A stretch of DNA of 64,000 bases from Escherichia coli (GTDB lineage: Bacteria; Pseudomonadota; Gammaproteobacteria; Enterobacterales; Enterobacteriaceae): NCBI RefSeq assembly GCF_002854065.1, contig NZ_CP024147.1; one strand, 5' to 3'. The notes beneath the pieces are model-generated. The model was not told the origin of the DNA, did no database searches, and saw only the letters and a program-made list of their open reading frames with translations. Numbering within the stretch: position 1 is the stretch's first letter; each line of letters begins with the position of its first letter. A program made the position numbers and the translations under genes. Shown in pieces: positions 62,714 through 64,000 of this stretch.

Positions 62714-63319
62714 TCAGGATCTGATAATATCGTTCTGTCTCAACAGATCTAATAATTGCTGTACCAAATTTGTTACTAATTGTTCACCATTGAGATGAAT
62801 TTCTGCCGATTCAGGCGCTTCGTAAACGGAATCTATTCCCGTAAAGTTGCGCAGTTCACCGGCACGCGCTTTCTTATATAAGCCTTTTGGATCGCGGGCT
62901 TCGCAAATCGCCAGCGGCGTATCGACAAACACTTCGATAAAGCGCCCTTCTCCTACGCGTTCGCGAACCATCTGGCGTTCGGCGCGGTGTGGCGAGATAA
63001 ATGCAGTCAGCACCACCAGTCCGGCTTCAACCATCAAATTCGCCACTTCACCGACGCGACGGATATTCTCTTTACGATCGGCATCGCTAAAACCGAGATC
63101 GCTGCATAATCCGTGGCGAACATTGTCGCCATCCAGCAGATACGTACTGACGCCGAGTTTATGTAACGCCTCCTCCAGCGCCCCGGCGACCGTTGATTTA
63201 CCGGACCCGGAGAGGCCGGTAAACCACAACACTACACCACGATGACCGTGGTGTAGCTCGCGTTGTTGCACAGTGACCGGATGGCTATGCCAGACGACGT
63301 TTTCGTCATGCAGCGCCAT
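62714..63319 (-). CDS. cysC: Adenylyl-sulfate kinase
   Basis: 201-aa ORF with P-loop GLSGSGKST. Confidence 0.97.
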
Positions 63320-64000
63320 TATTTATCTCCCAGCAAATCGCGCGCGCCCCAGTGCGGAAAGTGGCGGCGAACCAGAGCATTCAATTCCAGTTCGAATGCA
63401 CTGAATTCAGATGGCGCAGCAGTTGCCTGGCTAACTGGCTCGTGCACCATACCGGCGCCCACGGTCACATTGCTCAGGCGATCGATAAAAATCAGCCCAC
63501 CGGTAACCGGGTTTTGCTGATAACGATCTAACACCAGTGGCTCGTCAAAAGTGAGATCCACCAGGCCGATGCCGTTCAGCGGCAGGTTTTCAACTTCGCG
63601 TTGGGTAAGGTTATTAATATCAACCTGATAACGAATGCCATCAACACGAGCACGCGTCTTCTTACCGGCAATTTTGATGTCATAACTCTGGCCCGGGGAA
63701 AGCGGCTGTTCCGCCATCCATACCACATCCACCGACGCGCTCTGCACAGCTGGTAACGCTTCGTCTGCCGCCAGCAGCAGATCGCCACGGCTGATGTCGA
63801 TCTCATCCGTCAGCACCAGGGTGATCGCTTCTCCGGCAAAGGCTTCTTCGCGATCACCATCAAAAGTCACGATCCGCGCGACGTTTGATTCCACACCAGA
63901 GGGCAGCACTTTTACACGTTGCCCGACTTCCACGCGACCGGATGCCAGCGTTCCGGCGTAGCCACGAAAATCGAGATTTGGGCGGTTAACGTACTGCACC
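63319..64000 (-). CDS. cysN: Sulfate adenylyltransferase subunit 1 (CysN), C-terminal portion only; 5' end lies beyond the window
   Basis: Partial ORF (226 aa visible) with EF-Tu-like beta-barrel domain sequence, stop overlapping the cysC start. Confidence 0.9.

Overview
This window reads as an Escherichia coli-type chromosomal segment running from the micA/gshA region to the 3' part of cysN, and I found no convincing novel multi-gene system in it. Gene order recognised: micA, gshA, yqaAB, the argQZYV-serV tRNA cluster, csrA, alaS, recX-recA, pncC, mltB, srlAEBD-gutM-srlR-gutQ, norR/norVW, hypF-hydN, ascG/ascFB, hycIHGFEDCBA, hypABCDE-fhlA, ygbA, mutS, pphB, ygbI-ygbN, rpoS-nlpD-pcm-surE-truD-ispFD-ftsB-ygbE-cysC-cysN. 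Calls rest on the supplied ORF track plus my recognition of protein sequences and gene order; where the track gave N-terminal extensions I moved starts to the recognised start codon. Most of the window is ordinary core genome. The departures worth a second look sit at known insertion or variation points: a standalone di-Mop molbindin gene between fhlA and ygbA; an unusually long, G-tract-rich recA-recX spacer; a HigA-like antitoxin gene broken by two 1-bp deletions between ascB and hycI; a UbiX/UbiD-type decarboxylase islet with a MarR-family regulator between ygbN and rpoS; apparent inactivating lesions in ygbJ (-1 frameshift) and ygbN (in-frame TAG); and two copies of a structured module ending in a truncated tRNA-Arg 3' end inside the tRNA cluster. 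All comparisons to a K-12 reference are from memory and need alignment to confirm. No CRISPR array, IS element or prophage was seen.
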